From: Antedon mediterranea
Taxonomy: Eukaryota; Animalia; Echinodermata
Length of the DNA stretch: 64,000 nt
Assembly (NCBI RefSeq): GCF_964355755.1
Contig: NC_092672.1
Location: 21,651,237 to 21,715,236, forward strand
Direction: 5' to 3'
Below are positions 1 through 11,133 of the stretch, in pieces (positions within the stretch are counted from its first letter, which is position 1; the number at the start of each line of letters is the position of its first letter). The notes under the pieces were generated by a model. It was not told the DNA's origin and did not search any database. It saw only the letters and a list, made by a program, of their open reading frames with translations. The translations under genes and the position numbers were made by a program.

Positions 1-360
1 TTTTTAAGCCTGTTAATGTCCCCACTAGACTACACTCATTAATGTACAATAGTTAGCATATGATGCATCATATAGATATGGAAGGCAATAAACAAATGAC
101 ATAGACCATTTTAAATCTCTATGTTTTTGTAGCCTCTTTATCTATCCACTAGACTAGACTCATTAATGTACAATAGATAGCATATGATGGATCATGTAGA
201 TATGGAAGGCAACAAACAACTGACATAGACCATTTTAAATCTATGTTTTTGTAGCCTCTTTATCTACACACTAGACTAGACTCATTAATGTACAATAGAT
301 AGCATCTGATGCATCATAATATATAGATATAGAAAGCAACACACAACTGACATAGACCAT
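1..360. repeat. ~122-bp tandem repeat, ~3 copies (intronic)
   Basis: cactagactagactcattaatgtacaatag...catagaccat recurs with starts near 7, 131 and 253. Confidence 0.85.
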
Positions 361-436
361 AGCAGAACAGTGTATTGAATCAATTGTGATACTGTACTCT
401 TGGTTATGACTAATATTATATCTGTTTTTTGTATAG

Positions 437-481
437 ATACACAGACTGCTGCTCCTCTGGCTACAAGCTCATTAGAGACAG
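437..481 (+). CDS. 45-nt phase 1-1 exon (TQTAAPLATSSLET) of the DED-like-domain gene
   Basis: tatag acceptor, g|gttagt donor, open frame, paralogous to exon at 641. Confidence 0.6.
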
Positions 482-640
482 GTTAGTGGTTATTATTAGA
501 TCATTATGTATCATATGGACAGTTTGTCTGAAAATACATGAATATACATAATAGCATAACATCTTGGTGTCATTAGCAGAATAGTTGATTTAATACTGGT
601 ATTCTGGATTATGACTAATGTATATGTTTATTTTGCATAG

Positions 641-697
641 ATGCACCTATTGCTGCTCTTTTGGCTGCAAGCTCATTAGGGACACGTCGAGGTATAG
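641..697 (+). CDS. 51/57-nt phase 1-1 exon (APIAALLAASSLGTRR) of the DED-like-domain gene
   Basis: gcatag acceptor; two in-phase donors (gtatag at 692, gtgagt at 698); similar to exon 437-481. Confidence 0.55.
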
Positions 698-1265
698 GTG
701 AGTAACATTAGATCATTAGGGACAGGTATAGGTGAGTAACATTAGATCATTAGGGACAGGTATAGGTGAGTAACATTAGATCATTAGGGACAGGTATAGG
801 TGAGTAACATTAGATCATTAGGGACAGGTATAGGTGAGTAACATTAGATCATTAGGGACAGGTATAGGTGAGTAACATTAGATCAGTAGGGACAGGTATA
901 GGTGAGTAACATTAGATCATTAGGGACAGGTATAGGTGAGTAACATTAGATCATTAGGGACAGGTATAGGTGAGTAACATTAGATCATTAGGGACAGGTA
1001 TAGGTGAGTAACATTAGATCATTAGGGACAGGTATAGGTGAGTAACATTAGATCATTAGGGACAGGTATAGGTGAGTAACATTAGATCATTAGGGACAGG
1101 TATAGGTGAGTAACATTAGATCATTAGGGACAGGTATAGGTGAGTAACATTAGCTCATTAGGGACAGGTATAGGTGAGTAACATTAGCTCATTAGGGACA
1201 GGTATAGGTGAGTAACATTAGATCATTAGGGACAGGTATAGGTGAGTAACATTAGATCATTAGGG
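675..1265. repeat. 34-bp minisatellite, ~17 copies, derived from an exon end and splice donor
   Basis: unit tcattagggacaggtataggtgagtaacattaga, nearly perfect copies. Confidence 0.95.
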
Positions 1266-2009
1266 CAGTGTTACAACCACTTATGTAGTACCAGCTATAA
1301 TAAAAACTACTGCTAAGAGAGAAACAATAAAGATATCATATCATTTATTTCATTTGAACAAATACAAACATGAAAACAGAACAATTGTAAATCAATGAGG
1401 CAGGATTACCTAACATAACAGTCGCGAAGCCAAAATAAGACATTCAAACATATTTAAAACATAATTAAAAACACATTTTTGTAAGAAAGTTAAAATTTCT
1501 GTATATGAATGACAAGATAGTTTAAATTGTATGAAGTTAAATTTATTACAGCAAAATCCACCACAGGTTAGCTAATTCCTCAAAATAATCAAAGCCGAAC
1601 AAATCAGAATGGAATCATGCTTATATTTCTTCTAACTTTCAGAAACATCAAATTATCAACATTATTTTCTTTGATATTATTAATTTGAATACTATAATAA
1701 AAATTTTCAAATAGTAGGCAAAACTTTTTTACGTAGGAAAAGTGGTCAAAATATTAACCAAAAAATCCATGAAAACAAAACAGCAATTTGTTAAGAGATT
1801 GATTCACACATATATATATATAAACTTTTATGGGGATAAAAATGCAATAATTATCCATCATTTGTTTTGCAGAAAATACATTGCAAGAAAAGTATTTTAT
1901 ATTACTAAAATATAAATATGTTTATTTTGCGGTGAAACATTTTAAGATTTGTTTAAGAGTGACTAGTATCAATCATAGTATAATAATTCTCAAACACTTG
2001 TTTTTGTAG

Positions 2010-2534
2010 TAAATACATCACAAGAACAATTCAACAAGTTGAAGTATGATCTTGGTTCACTCTATATTGGTGAGCGACTGCTGTTGTTGAAATGCTGTCT
2101 ATTTGAACACGTAGACTTACATCACCTTGGCAAGTCAAGTTGCACAGCAAATTACCTATTAAACCAACTACATGAACGTCGTTATATCACACCTACTAAT
2201 ATCCGTCTGTTGCTAGAGGTGGCTGAGATTTCACAATTGAAAGATGCTGAAGATCTCATAAATCAATATGTTGTAACCAACAAGGTTCCAAACACTGATG
2301 AAGGAACAAAGTCAGTTTCACCATATAGGAAACGATTGTGCATGGCATTGCAGCAATTTGACCCACATAAGTTAAATGATGTAATTGCTTACTATGGATT
2401 GAACTTTGTTTGTTTACCAACAATTTGGGAATTAGTGTTTCACCTTGAAAGCAATAGAAAATTAGTAGAAGAATCAGAAAGAAAGAGGTTTGCTGAGCTT
2501 CTTGGACCAATCGCTAAGAAAATACTATTCAATG
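2010..2534 (+). CDS. Exon encoding two tandem death-effector-domain-like (death fold) domains; likely followed by a terminal exon at 3141 (GAT, then TAA at 3143-3145)
   Basis: tttttgtag acceptor, g|gtatgt donor, 525 nt phase 1-1; protein QFNKLKYDL..LLKCCL..LLNQLHERRYITPTNIRLLLEV.. and SPYRKRL..IWELVFHLE.. resembles DED helical patterns; ttttcag acceptor at 3140. Confidence 0.7.
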
Positions 2535-3244
2535 GTATGTATGTTGTATATTGTGTAAACATAATTTATAACAATTGAAATCAATTTTTTTGATTTCTTA
2601 CATACACAGTATGATTATAAATAATGTAAGCCATGTAAAGTATATTCAACTATAAATCACATCATAAATAAATATTGATAGCATAACCTGCATAATTACA
2701 TCATAATTGTTAAAATAGTAAAAATCAATCAATATGTAATTAGTATTACCTAAAGAAATCTCATAATTATACTTTAAGACTTAGCATACATGTAAGACCA
2801 TTAGCACTGTATAGAATGTCTTGTTTGACACAACTTTATCTATGTTTGTTGATGAAATTACTACTCTTTAAAAACAGAAAAGGAAGTTCACACCCTCAAG
2901 ACTTTTAATGACATTACAAGTTTTAAATACTACGTTGTGCTTGCAAAAATCCTATTATGAAATATATATTTTGTCTTTGTTTAATTTGTTATTGTACCTA
3001 CTCCTAGTTCCTTTCTATGTTACTATGTTATTGGTTAGTGAAAAGAATAAAAAATAAATAAATTTGAATTGAATTTTACCTATGATCACTTAAATGGCTT
3101 GTTTCAACTATATTATTAAGGGTTTTTCAATTTTTTTCAGATTAATAAGCAATTCCACTTCTATCTAGTCTAGCAGAAAATTGAAAGAGTACCACAGACA
3201 TGTGACAAAATCAAGTAAAACATTGGAAGAAAATAAAAGAGTAT

Positions 3245-3405
3245 AGTACCGTAACCAAAACGTAACCATGCGAGACCACCAAACGAGTAGGGTATCGTAA
3301 CCAAAACAAGTCTCATTACCATGCGAGACAACCAAACGAGTAGGGTACCATAACCAAAACGAGTAGGTTATCGTAACCAAAACAAGTATCATTACAATGC
3401 GAGAC
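3245..3405. repeat. Imperfect short tandem repeat (gtaaccaaaacgagtagg / ccatgcgagac) in the putative 3' UTR
   Basis: motifs taaccaaaac and catgcgagac recur 3-4 times. Confidence 0.6.
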
Positions 3406-4426
3406 GTACATGCAAACAAATACACAGTTGTGTGCACAATTAAAAACTAAAAGTAAAAGTTACAATTTTATTCATCTTTTCAGATTACGTCCATATATGA
3501 AAGGTTTAAAATATTGGTATGTTGCTGTAATATATTATTTAGATTAATAGTTGAAACCAATCAACAACAGTATATTTGTAAATATCATTTGTTTTGTATA
3601 TCCTTGTTGTCCTTTATTATTAGTATAATACAGAATATGTGCATTTCTAGTTTCAAACTTATTAACATTCACTTGGAAACAGAATAATGTATACATTATA
3701 AAGTGCATATCATTTTGTATATTCTTGTTTGTATTCATTATTCAGTTAAACATAAGTTTATAAAAACCATTACTTCTTAAGATGAAATACTTTGTTTTCT
3801 TTGAATATAATTAATCATTGGTGAACACTGGATTCTTGAAGGTCATCATGTGGATGTAAAATTCACATTTCACTGAGCATTCACAACCATTAAGAATAAA
3901 TCTTAGTTACAATAACAATATTCTGCAAACTTTTTTCACAATTTAATTTTTTTACTGCCATATAATTATAAATGTTTGTTTTACTTAATAAAGAAACCTT
4001 TTTATGTTAGTCTTTAACTGTGTATGATATTCATAAATTAACAACATGTATTTTTATGTATAAATTTAATAATCAGCAATTCTTCAAATTCTTTTCATAA
4101 CTATGATACCAGTTATTCCGATATTTACTTTTCAATTCAATTTCGTAACCGATATATGGCTAGAAATCCCATTTCTAGCCGTCCAATCTAATGGAATGGT
4201 ATTGATGCTTTTATACAACATACTTGTTATATAATCTATCCACATTTCTTGTTTTATGTAGTATATCATGTTTTTAATTGTTACCGTCTTTTCTTATTTG
4301 TTTTTAAGATTGCCAAACTGTGTACGTACGGCTTTGCTATTCTTTCCATTTAAATATATGTCGGGATTCTATTGTGATAGTGAATCACACAAATCAATTG
4401 GTTACCCTCCAATTATGCCCAGTCTC

Positions 4427-4615
4427 AGCTGTTCCGCCGTACCACGCCGAGAATGTTAAAGAGTCGTTATCCAATCGAGTTCGAACAATACCATGAAAGC
4501 CTCAGTGGTCTAATGGTTAGGACATCTGCATATCAAGCAGGCGGTTCGAGTCTCGGTTGGGGCGACTTTTTCTCATTCTCACAGATTTCCTCATCTTTAT
4601 TGTTTCGAATTAATG
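4427..4615 (+). mobile_element. Dispersed repeat carrying a tRNA-like cassette (4499-4565), copy 1
   Basis: A box tggtctaatgg, B box ggttcgagtc, TTTTT terminator; inverted homolog at 9601-9796. Confidence 0.75.
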
Positions 4616-4771
4616 TTCATTGCCTAATGTGTTTATATATATAAATCCAAAGGCAAATTACTGAAAAAAATGACAATGCTGTGGGTATCAGTGGCTGGAT
4701 CTCAATGGAGATACAAAAATAAAAAGCGAAAAGCTAAATCAAAACGATAAAGTAAACAGCCAGAAAAGTTA

Positions 4772-4808
4772 GCAGAGCTTTCGGGCAACACTAGCCCTTC
4801 ATCAGTGC
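4772..4808 (-). ncRNA. Minimal type I hammerhead ribozyme (Penelope-like element type)
   Basis: minus strand reads GCA-CUGAUGA-A-GGGC-uaguguu-GCCC-GAAA-GC-UC-UGC: core, stem II, palindromic AGCU stem III, stem I GCA/UGC. Confidence 0.7.
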
Positions 4809-5787
4809 AAGTGAAGGAATTTGGATAACGTCAGAGTATAAAGCTGGCAAGTGCTCCCTGGGTGGACAGGAATAAAAGAAATATATATATATATATATAT
4901 TTATTCTAAAAAGAGAGATGAAACAAAAACTTATTAAATCAAAAGTAAAACATGCAAACTAGATTGAAAATGAAAGCCATTTATTCTACGATTGTACACA
5001 GCTAATATGTTATGATACCATATTATATAGGAATCAATTTATAAAATGTAGTGTTAACTGTCTCTGTCGGTTATTTTGTACTCCAAAGCGGACGTATTTT
5101 GTGATTTAGTTAAATATCTCTGGACGTTTTATTACGAAAGGAAAATTATATAACACATTTTAAATATTTTTATATCACTATTTTGAATTTAAAGTATCTA
5201 ATTTACAGTACTAAATTGTTTATATTTGTATGATAAAATATTATAAATGAATAAAAGCGGGATGATATTTCCATGAAATATTTTTGAATACCGTGATAAT
5301 AATTTGTATATTTTGAGCTTAATTCATTTTAAATCTGTGTCGTTGTAAGAAGAGAACACCTCAAGTATTACATCCGGGTCTCTTTGGTTGCCGTTTAAAT
5401 ATCACGTCATCATTCATCATCATTGCCGTTCGTGTTCATTATCATTGTCACTATCGTCATTATTATCAAATCATTCCAGTTTTTCAGGTAAATTCAATTT
5501 TTGTCAAAGTGGATAACTATTAATGTGACATTAAAATGGCATCTGTAATTAACGTGGCCAAAATTACATTTCGATGATTATGTTGACACCTTAAATAATG
5601 AACAAAATATATATTGCGATATTAATTTGATTAAAAAATCAGGATTAGGATATGACATTAAACAAACTAAAAAAAAAAACGTTATCACCACTTAATACGA
5701 AACGATCTGGGAAGACAACTTTAGCTTATGGTTATAAAAGATATCTCTGATTATTTGATGATAAATAGATGATTATTGACAGTATAC

Positions 5788-5857
5788 CTTCTGTTAATAT
5801 GCTATTGTTTTGTTGCGATTGTTCATCATTGCATTCTTGCACATCAGAATCAGCAAA
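5788..5857 (-). CDS. MYO19: MYO19 post-IQ exon (FADSDVQECNDEQSQQNNSILTE)
   Basis: ttttaccag acceptor, g|gtatac donor, phase matches the upstream exon; low sequence conservation. Confidence 0.5.
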
Positions 5858-6212
5858 CTGGTAAAAATAAATGTTAAATTGTATTAAATTGTATCAAGAA
5901 AAAAAATATTAGATTAAAAATCATAAACTGAATGTTTATGATTTGAGTACGGAGAATATTTCATGAAAATTAACTGATTGACCATTTAATGAGGCGGAAC
6001 CAAGCACAGGCAGTCTCTCAGTAAATGAATATATACTCTATTCAACATTATTAGTTTTATAGCACAGTACATATGATGATGTGTTAATTTAACATCATTA
6101 AAGTAAGTACATGTAAATGAGGATGTGTTAGTGATGAAAGAACATACTTCACATTGTAAAGTTTGTTGGTGCAGCGAAGATTGAAAATTGAGGGTTTTAA
6201 GTAAAGGCTTAC

Positions 6213-6355
6213 CTTGTCTGAATTCAATTCATTTAATTGTTCCTCTAACTTGCGTTGGTGTAAACGGATTGAATATCCAATCATAGCATACTGTATGACA
6301 CGTGCTGCCTCATGTCGTCTCTTTACATCTTCTCTCACCTTCCAGCCTCTAAAAC
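6213..6355 (-). CDS. MYO19: MYO19 IQ-motif exon (FRGWKVREDVKRRHEAARVIQYAM)
   Basis: tgtag / gtaagc boundaries, IQ motif. Confidence 0.8.
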
Positions 6356-6580
6356 CTACAACATATCAATTCTAATTAGTGACTCAGCATCATAGCATAC
6401 TGTATGACACGTGCTGCCTCATGTCGTCTCTTTACATCTTCTCTCACCTTCCAGCCTCTAAAACCTACAACATATCAATTCTAATTAGTGACTCAGCATC
6501 ATAGCATCTGTATGACACGTGCTGCCTCTCTCACCTTCCAGCCTCTAAAACCTACAACATATCAATCAGTGACTGAGCAT
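6280..6580. repeat. 109-bp tandem duplication of a MYO19 acceptor and exon 5' half (3 copies, one internally deleted)
   Basis: catagcat..gacacgtgctgcctc..ccagcctctaaaacctacaacatatcaat at 6282, 6391 and 6500. Confidence 0.9.
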
Positions 6581-6735
6581 CTTACGGTACATAAACACAT
6601 TTAGTTTAATTTTAAAATGTTAAAATGAATAAAAATTAAGAATGTACTTTAATGTTTCAATAGCGTTCTGTGGCTTGGTTTGGTAACAGCATGATGCCTG
6701 CAAGATATTTGGCATAACACTATTACAATCAATAC

Positions 6736-6862
6736 CTGCTTGAATGATGACCACAGCTGCCTCTTGTTTACTGTTGGTTGCCAGGATCTTCCTCCACCAT
6801 ATCTGTATTACACCAGCACTTAAATTGAATTCCTTCAATCTTGCAACTTCAAGTTTATCCAA
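6736..6862 (-). CDS. MYO19: MYO19 lever/IQ exon (LDKLEVARLKEFNLSAGVIQIWWRK)
   Basis: ttag / gtattg boundaries, IQ motif. Confidence 0.85.
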
Positions 6863-7389
6863 CTAAATGAAAAATAACGGAATATAATAAATATACAATG
6901 ATGCAGATTCTTACTTACTTTTTTACGCTGACAAGCTAAAAACAAAAAGCTAAAAGTATTATAATTTGGTGCTACAACTTTTTCATAATAAGATAGGAAT
7001 TTTACTGATTTTCATTGACTTACACACTTTAATGGGTAATAATTTTTAATAAAATGGTATTTTTTAAATTGTGTCAAATTAATTGTTCTTTTCTTTTTTA
7101 TATTTATATACTTTTTTTAAAAAGAAAAATGCCTCAATTTTACATAATTATTTAGTCAATTTTGGTGAATTTCATATCTTATACTACAAAAATATTCTTG
7201 TAGCACTACTTTTAAAAATAAATGTTTATTTCACGGCACTCATTCAGCTCTACTGCAAAGGTTTATATTATACAGATATTGCCTGCTTAGAGGTGAAATA
7301 TAACAATTGACATCACAGAGGGAATGATATTTTTCTGTTATATTAAAATATGTAGCAAAGTGTAAGTAGACTTGGCTGGGTCGGCTAGC

Positions 7390-7733
7390 CTTAAGACTGC
7401 CTAGTTCACCTTACCTTGCATAAGTAAAGACCAAGTTCACCTTACCTTGCCTAAGTAATAAGACTGAGTTCACCTTACCTTGCCTAAGTAATAAGACTGC
7501 CTAGTTCACCTTACCTTGCCTAAGTAATAAGACTGCCTAGTTCACCTTACCTAGCCTAAGTAATAAGACTGCCAAGTTCACCTTACCTTGCCTAAGTAAT
7601 AAGACTGCATAGTTCACCTTACCTAGCCTAAGTAATAAGACTGCCAAGTTCACCTTACCTTGCCTAAGTAATAAGACTGCCTAGTTCACCTTACCTTGCC
7701 TAAGTAATAAGACTGCCTAGTTCACCTTACCTT
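7390..7733. repeat. 36-bp minisatellite, ~9 copies
   Basis: unit ctagttcaccttaccttgcctaagtaataagactgc. Confidence 0.9.
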
Positions 7734-7745
7734 GGCGAAAAATGA

Positions 7746-8636
7746 CCGTATAAACTCAAATAAGTACTAATGATTCCTTTGCCATAATATATTCACTTAA
7801 AATGGACCTGAAATGGACTTTCGATTTTCAAGAAATTCACACATGTTATTTAAATGTATCAAATTAACACAAACCCATACAAATAAAAACAAAATGTATA
7901 GTATTTTGGGAAAAAACGAAATGTTAAGATACCTTAATAAATTAGCAAAAATTACTCACGCCATTGCAATATGTTATTTCAGCGGCCGTCGGAAGCCTCT
8001 ATATTCACGACGTCACATATACACACGACGATATCGAGAGTGTGTATGCCGCCATATTAGTAGGGTAGGAAGGAGGGGTTACCGTGCACCCCCATGATGT
8101 ATAGTCAGTGAATGATCGACGGCTTGGAAAGATACGCGAAGCATTGACACTAATACTAATTTATTCAATATCTAATGTTGTTGAAATATAGGTCCCTAAA
8201 ATTTACTTTGTTTGTTCTAAAACCCGAATTTGGAAGGCCTACCTCCCAAACCTTTACTAGGCCTAGCGCGCGAAGTCGATCTACCACCCCACCACCCACA
8301 TCATGCGGCGAGGCTCCGTTTCATGTGCATCCCCAAGGACCAAAGCGATATCAACAACTTGCTGCGCTCATTGTCAAGTTAAAGTAAAATATGAATAAAA
8401 TTCGTTTTCGAACTGCCTGATTCGTGACAAATAGATTATCATCTCATATTACTACTTTAATTCTGCTAAACTAAAAACTAAAGAAATTTTGGCAGTATAA
8501 ATTACGAACAATATACAAAATACACGAACGGAAAATACGGACAACGTTGCCAGGCTAACTTCGGTATTGCCAGAAAAAAACAGTTGATTTGAAGATTTTA
8601 AATCGTCATTTACTCGATGAATAACCGTTTATACGG
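7746..8636. mobile_element. Possible degraded Tc1/pogo-type non-autonomous element
   Basis: ccgtataaac at 7746 and gtttatacgg-TA at ~8627-8638; short TIR only. Confidence 0.3.
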
Positions 8637-8851
8637 TAATATTTTTATCTAAAAAATTCTAAATACGTTTCTGCACAAGCATTTTTTAGAAAATACTCCA
8701 TAGATTTCAAGAGTTACAGCCAAAAAACTGCAAATTGTTCATTGGAGGGATAGGAATATATTCGCAAAGTGACATCACCCGCGAATTAAAATGTAATTTA
8801 TTCTACTGCAAATATAAAATAATTAAATTATTATAAACTACTTTTAAATAC

Positions 8852-9044
8852 CTGTCCCTCTCTTAAGAATATCTTTGTTTTTCCAAACAAAAAGCTTTTC
8901 AATTTATTTTCTTTGTCTGCTTCAGCTAAAACCAGATTCGTAATAACAGCACATTTACTTTTTGCATCCAAATCTTTGACATCTTCCGAGTTTGACCGTA
9001 TTAATAATTCATACCTCATTCATTAAAAATCACTGTACAACATT
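8852..9044 (-). pseudogene. MYO19: MYO19 converter exon with two in-frame stops (MLYSDF**MRYELL...FGKTKIFLREGQ)
   Basis: tatag / gtattt boundaries; TAA at 9023-9025 and TGA at 9020-9022. Confidence 0.85.
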
Positions 9045-9086
9045 CTATAAGTAAATTGTCATTATCGTTGAGAATCAAGTATAACT

Positions 9087-9558
9087 AACAACACACTGGC
9101 AAGTATGTTAGTAGGTGTTCAACATGTACAGTATGTACAGGGATATATATAGTATATATTATAAACAACACACAGGCAAGTATGTTAGTAGGTGTTCAAC
9201 ATGTACAGTATGTACAGGGATATATATAGTATATATTATAAACAACACACTGGCAAGTATGTTAGTAGGTGTTCAACATGTACAGTATGCACAGGGATAT
9301 ATATAGTATATATTATAAACAACACACTGGCAAGTATGTTAGTAGGTGTTCAACATGTACAGTATGCACAGGGATATATATAGTATATATTATAAACATC
9401 ACACTGGCAAGTATGTTAGTAGGTGTTCAACATGTACAGTATGTACAGGGATATATATAGTATATAATATAAACAACACACTGGCAAGTATGTTAGTAGG
9501 TGTTCAACATGTACAGTATGTACAGGGATATATATAGTATATATTATAAACATCACAG
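9087..9558. repeat. 77-bp minisatellite, ~6 copies
   Basis: identical ORFs spaced 77 bp apart (9115, 9192, 9269, 9346). Confidence 0.95.
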
Positions 9559-9600
9559 GCACAGAATAAATTCTATACCGCCCAGTGATATACTGAAATT

Positions 9601-9796
9601 TAATTAATTAATTTGAAACGATAAAGATGAGGAAATCTGTGAGAATGAGAAAAAGTCGCCCCCACTGAGATTCAAACCCGGAACCTTCTGCTTGATATGC
9701 AGATATCCTAACCATTAGACCACTGGGGCTTTCATGGTATTGTTCAAACTAGATTGGATAGCAATAGCACTCTCGATGTGGTACGGTGGAACAGCA
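9601..9796 (-). mobile_element. Dispersed repeat carrying a tRNA-like cassette (9657-9729), copy 2
   Basis: reverse complement of 4427-4615; cloverleaf with TCTGC-ATATCAA-GCAGA anticodon arm. Confidence 0.75.
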
Positions 9797-10077
9797 CTAG
9801 TCCCTCAGTTGTACGCACGCGCACTAGAGATCAAATTGATACGCCCTCATCTTTCAGTATGTAAGTCCTAGAGCTATCTGATTGGTAATAGTAAAAAAAA
9901 AATACAATAAAAATACAAATTACGACGCACAACGATTTTGGTAAGATGACCTGGTAGGGAAGCCTTGTACTGATCTGAATTGTTTCAAGTGAACTTAACT
10001 AAACAAGGGTATCAATCAGTCATAGATGGGTGCATTGTTAGTATAAAAAGAACACAAAACAATCCCTGTAAGCTGAC

Positions 10078-10256
10078 CTGGTACGGAAGCCTGTTGCACT
10101 GATCTCAATTGTTTCAAGAACACCGCAAGCACGTAGTTGATTTATAACATGAACATTATCAAAGCTGTCTGGTTGACACTCAAGACTTGGTTTGATACAG
10201 CGGATGTAGTGAGGTGTTGTTTCATGTAAAGTAGCCATAAGACTGTCCAATGAATT
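10078..10256 (-). CDS. MYO19: MYO19 motor exon ([24 protein letters not shown]...[14 protein letters not shown])
   Basis: canonical myosin motifs; ttag / gtcagc boundaries. Confidence 0.9.
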
Positions 10257-10741
10257 CTAAGATATAAGATACAATTGTTAGATTGTTACCCCGAAGATTA
10301 CATGTAAAAACTGAATGGTATCAACCAAAATAAGTATAAGTAAATACAAAATGGATTGAGGAAATATGTCTGATAATCAATAAATATAATATCTTGAATA
10401 TATTATAAGTTATATTTTCAACAGAAGAAAAAAAAAATTGGGAAGCAATAATTTGAGTGATCTTGCAAATGTTTATTTGATTTATTTCAGCGTCATAAAA
10501 AACAATTTACAGATAAAATACAATTAATATAAAATACAGGAAACAAAATATGAAACATCAACAATATACAAAAACAGGGATGCCGAGGATAACCCATAAA
10601 AGTCCTTGTTTCCTTGTTTCTCCTCATTTCAAGAAAATAAAGGATAAAGAAAGCAAAAACAACAACAAAGCAAAAACCTATCTAAATTGTTGTTCCATAC
10701 TAAATTCATCAAGATTCTAAATTAAGTTCAGGATTCTGTAC

Positions 10742-10798
10742 CTTTAATTTTGATACCACTGTAGAAGTAGTCTTTTTGCCTTTTGTTTTACTTGGACT
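10742..10798 (-). CDS. MYO19: MYO19 loop-2 exon (SPSKTKGKKTTSTVVSKLK)
   Basis: tttcag / gtacag boundaries; TVVSK motif. Confidence 0.8.
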
Positions 10799-11040
10799 CT
10801 GAAAAAAAAAATCATAAAATTAACGTATTTTAGGTTAAACAGAACTATTGAGATAACTGACAAGATGCAAAGGCATTATACATATCACACATTTATTCGG
10901 CATTATTCTTGGTTTAAAAGTTTCATTGATGAAGACAGAACTTAAAAAGCAATGGACGTGAACAATAGAGAAAATGGTTTTAGTATGGTGTTAGTATGGT
11001 GTTACTATGGTGTTTAAAAACTAATGACAAGATCAATCAC

Positions 11041-11133
11041 CTGTAAACTGGTAACATTAGCATCAACTAATCGTTGCACAAACTTCTTGCTGCTAATTCT
11101 AAGCAAATCTACAAGTTCTGCTGGAATACCATC
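11041..11133 (-). CDS. MYO19: MYO19 exon (DGIPAELVDLLRISSKKFVQRL)
   Basis: matches DPIPPELTRLL of MYO19; GT-AG boundaries. Confidence 0.85.

Noticed and set aside
675-1265. CRISPR-like regular repeats here and at other arrays
   Set aside because: No unique spacers, no cas genes, eukaryotic context; these are plain minisatellites
4499-4565. Functional tRNA gene
   Set aside because: Variable/T-arm region is shortened relative to copy 2, the anticodon is atypical, and it is embedded in a dispersed repeat
5340-5590. Acidic or Asn-rich stretch as a further MYO19 tail exon
   Set aside because: Multiple stops; the frame cannot be established
9115-9537. Four near-identical 63-aa ORFs
   Set aside because: Translations of a 77-bp tandem repeat
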